DNA of 63,516 bases, filler included, from Diploschistes diacapsis (lineage: Eukaryota), in NCBI GenBank assembly GCA_023645945.1. It is 25 parts of 25 records of this genome, joined end to end, with 100 filler letters (N's around TTAATTAATTAA, not from the genome) between each part and the next. Parts side by side here need not be neighbours in the genome. Positions count along the whole stretch, not along the records: positions 62,470 to 63,516 come from JALAIB010004162.1; 24 more parts are not named here. One strand, given 5' to 3'. Made by a program: the position numbers and the translations under genes. Position 1 is the stretch's first letter. The number at the start of each line of letters is the position of its first letter. Below the pieces are notes generated by a model. It had not been told where the DNA came from, ran no database searches, and saw only the letters and a program-made list of their open reading frames with translations. Shown in pieces: positions 63,047-63,516 of the stretch.

Positions 63047-63516
63047 ACGTGTTTCACGGGGATTCCGGCCACCCCCAGATTCCGGCTACCTCAAATTACT
63101 ACCGCCAACATTCTACGGTTTTTAAATACAATCTGTTCGTCGCAATCAGAATCTAATCGATCTTAATGGAATCTATTTTCCTCCTCTTCATCCTTCTCGA
63201 TTTTAAAAACGCGACGACGTTGTTTACGCGTTATAAATCGTGTTAAAACTATCCGACTCGATTTAATTTCGAATTATTATTTTAAGAATTTCGTTTATAT
63301 TAAATATAAAACGATCTTTTAATTCGATTCGTTTATTTAATTTACGTTTTTTACGATTATTAAGAAGCGTTTTTTACTTTCGGTTTTCTTGATGAAGCGT
63401 TATAAACTTAATATACGTCGATTTAAGCATACGGGTTATTCGACTCGAATAACGTCGAATCGGGTTGGCTAATTCTGAAACGGCTCGTAACGCCTGATTA
63501 AACTCTTTATTGGCCT
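63047..63516 (-). mobile_element. Family A 3' end inserted at TA in a family B element
   Basis: TA|ACGTGTTTCACGGGGATTCCGGCCACCCCCAGATTCCGG; collinear with 53565. Confidence 0.87.

Overview
Fungal nuclear DNA from a filamentous ascomycete (Pezizomycotina; the protein style suggests Eurotiomycetes, which is inference). The window is not contiguous. It is 25 contigs joined by an artificial 100-bp linker (N44-TTAATTAATTAA-N44) in decreasing size order: 18,484 bp, 18,475 bp, then 23 contigs of 1,053 to 1,047 bp. Contig 1 (1-18484) carries Yak1 kinase (7 introns, one GC-AG), Rad26/CSB and two tandem C2H2 transcription factors. Contig 2 (18585-37059) carries NDUFAF6 (partial), Rad5, a secreted GH43, an orphan with 13-aa repeats, a CorA transporter, DNA polymerase gamma (Mip1), a SIM-RING ligase and a partial UPF0052/CofD-like gene. 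From 37160 on, the small contigs are nearly all AT-rich, RIP-mutated transposon junctions. They include Fot1/pogo DNA transposons (three ACGT-ended TIR families), a complete hAT-type MITE with an 8-bp TSD, a 208-bp MITE, a reconstructed long-arm foldback element, Gypsy (chromovirus), Copia and Tad1-LINE relics, and solo LTRs with TSDs, often nested several deep. I see no convincing novel multi-gene system. The most unusual signals are (i) recurrent GC islands whose + strand flips from C-rich to G-rich regardless of gene orientation, and (ii) a set of short non-autonomous elements and termini that escaped RIP.
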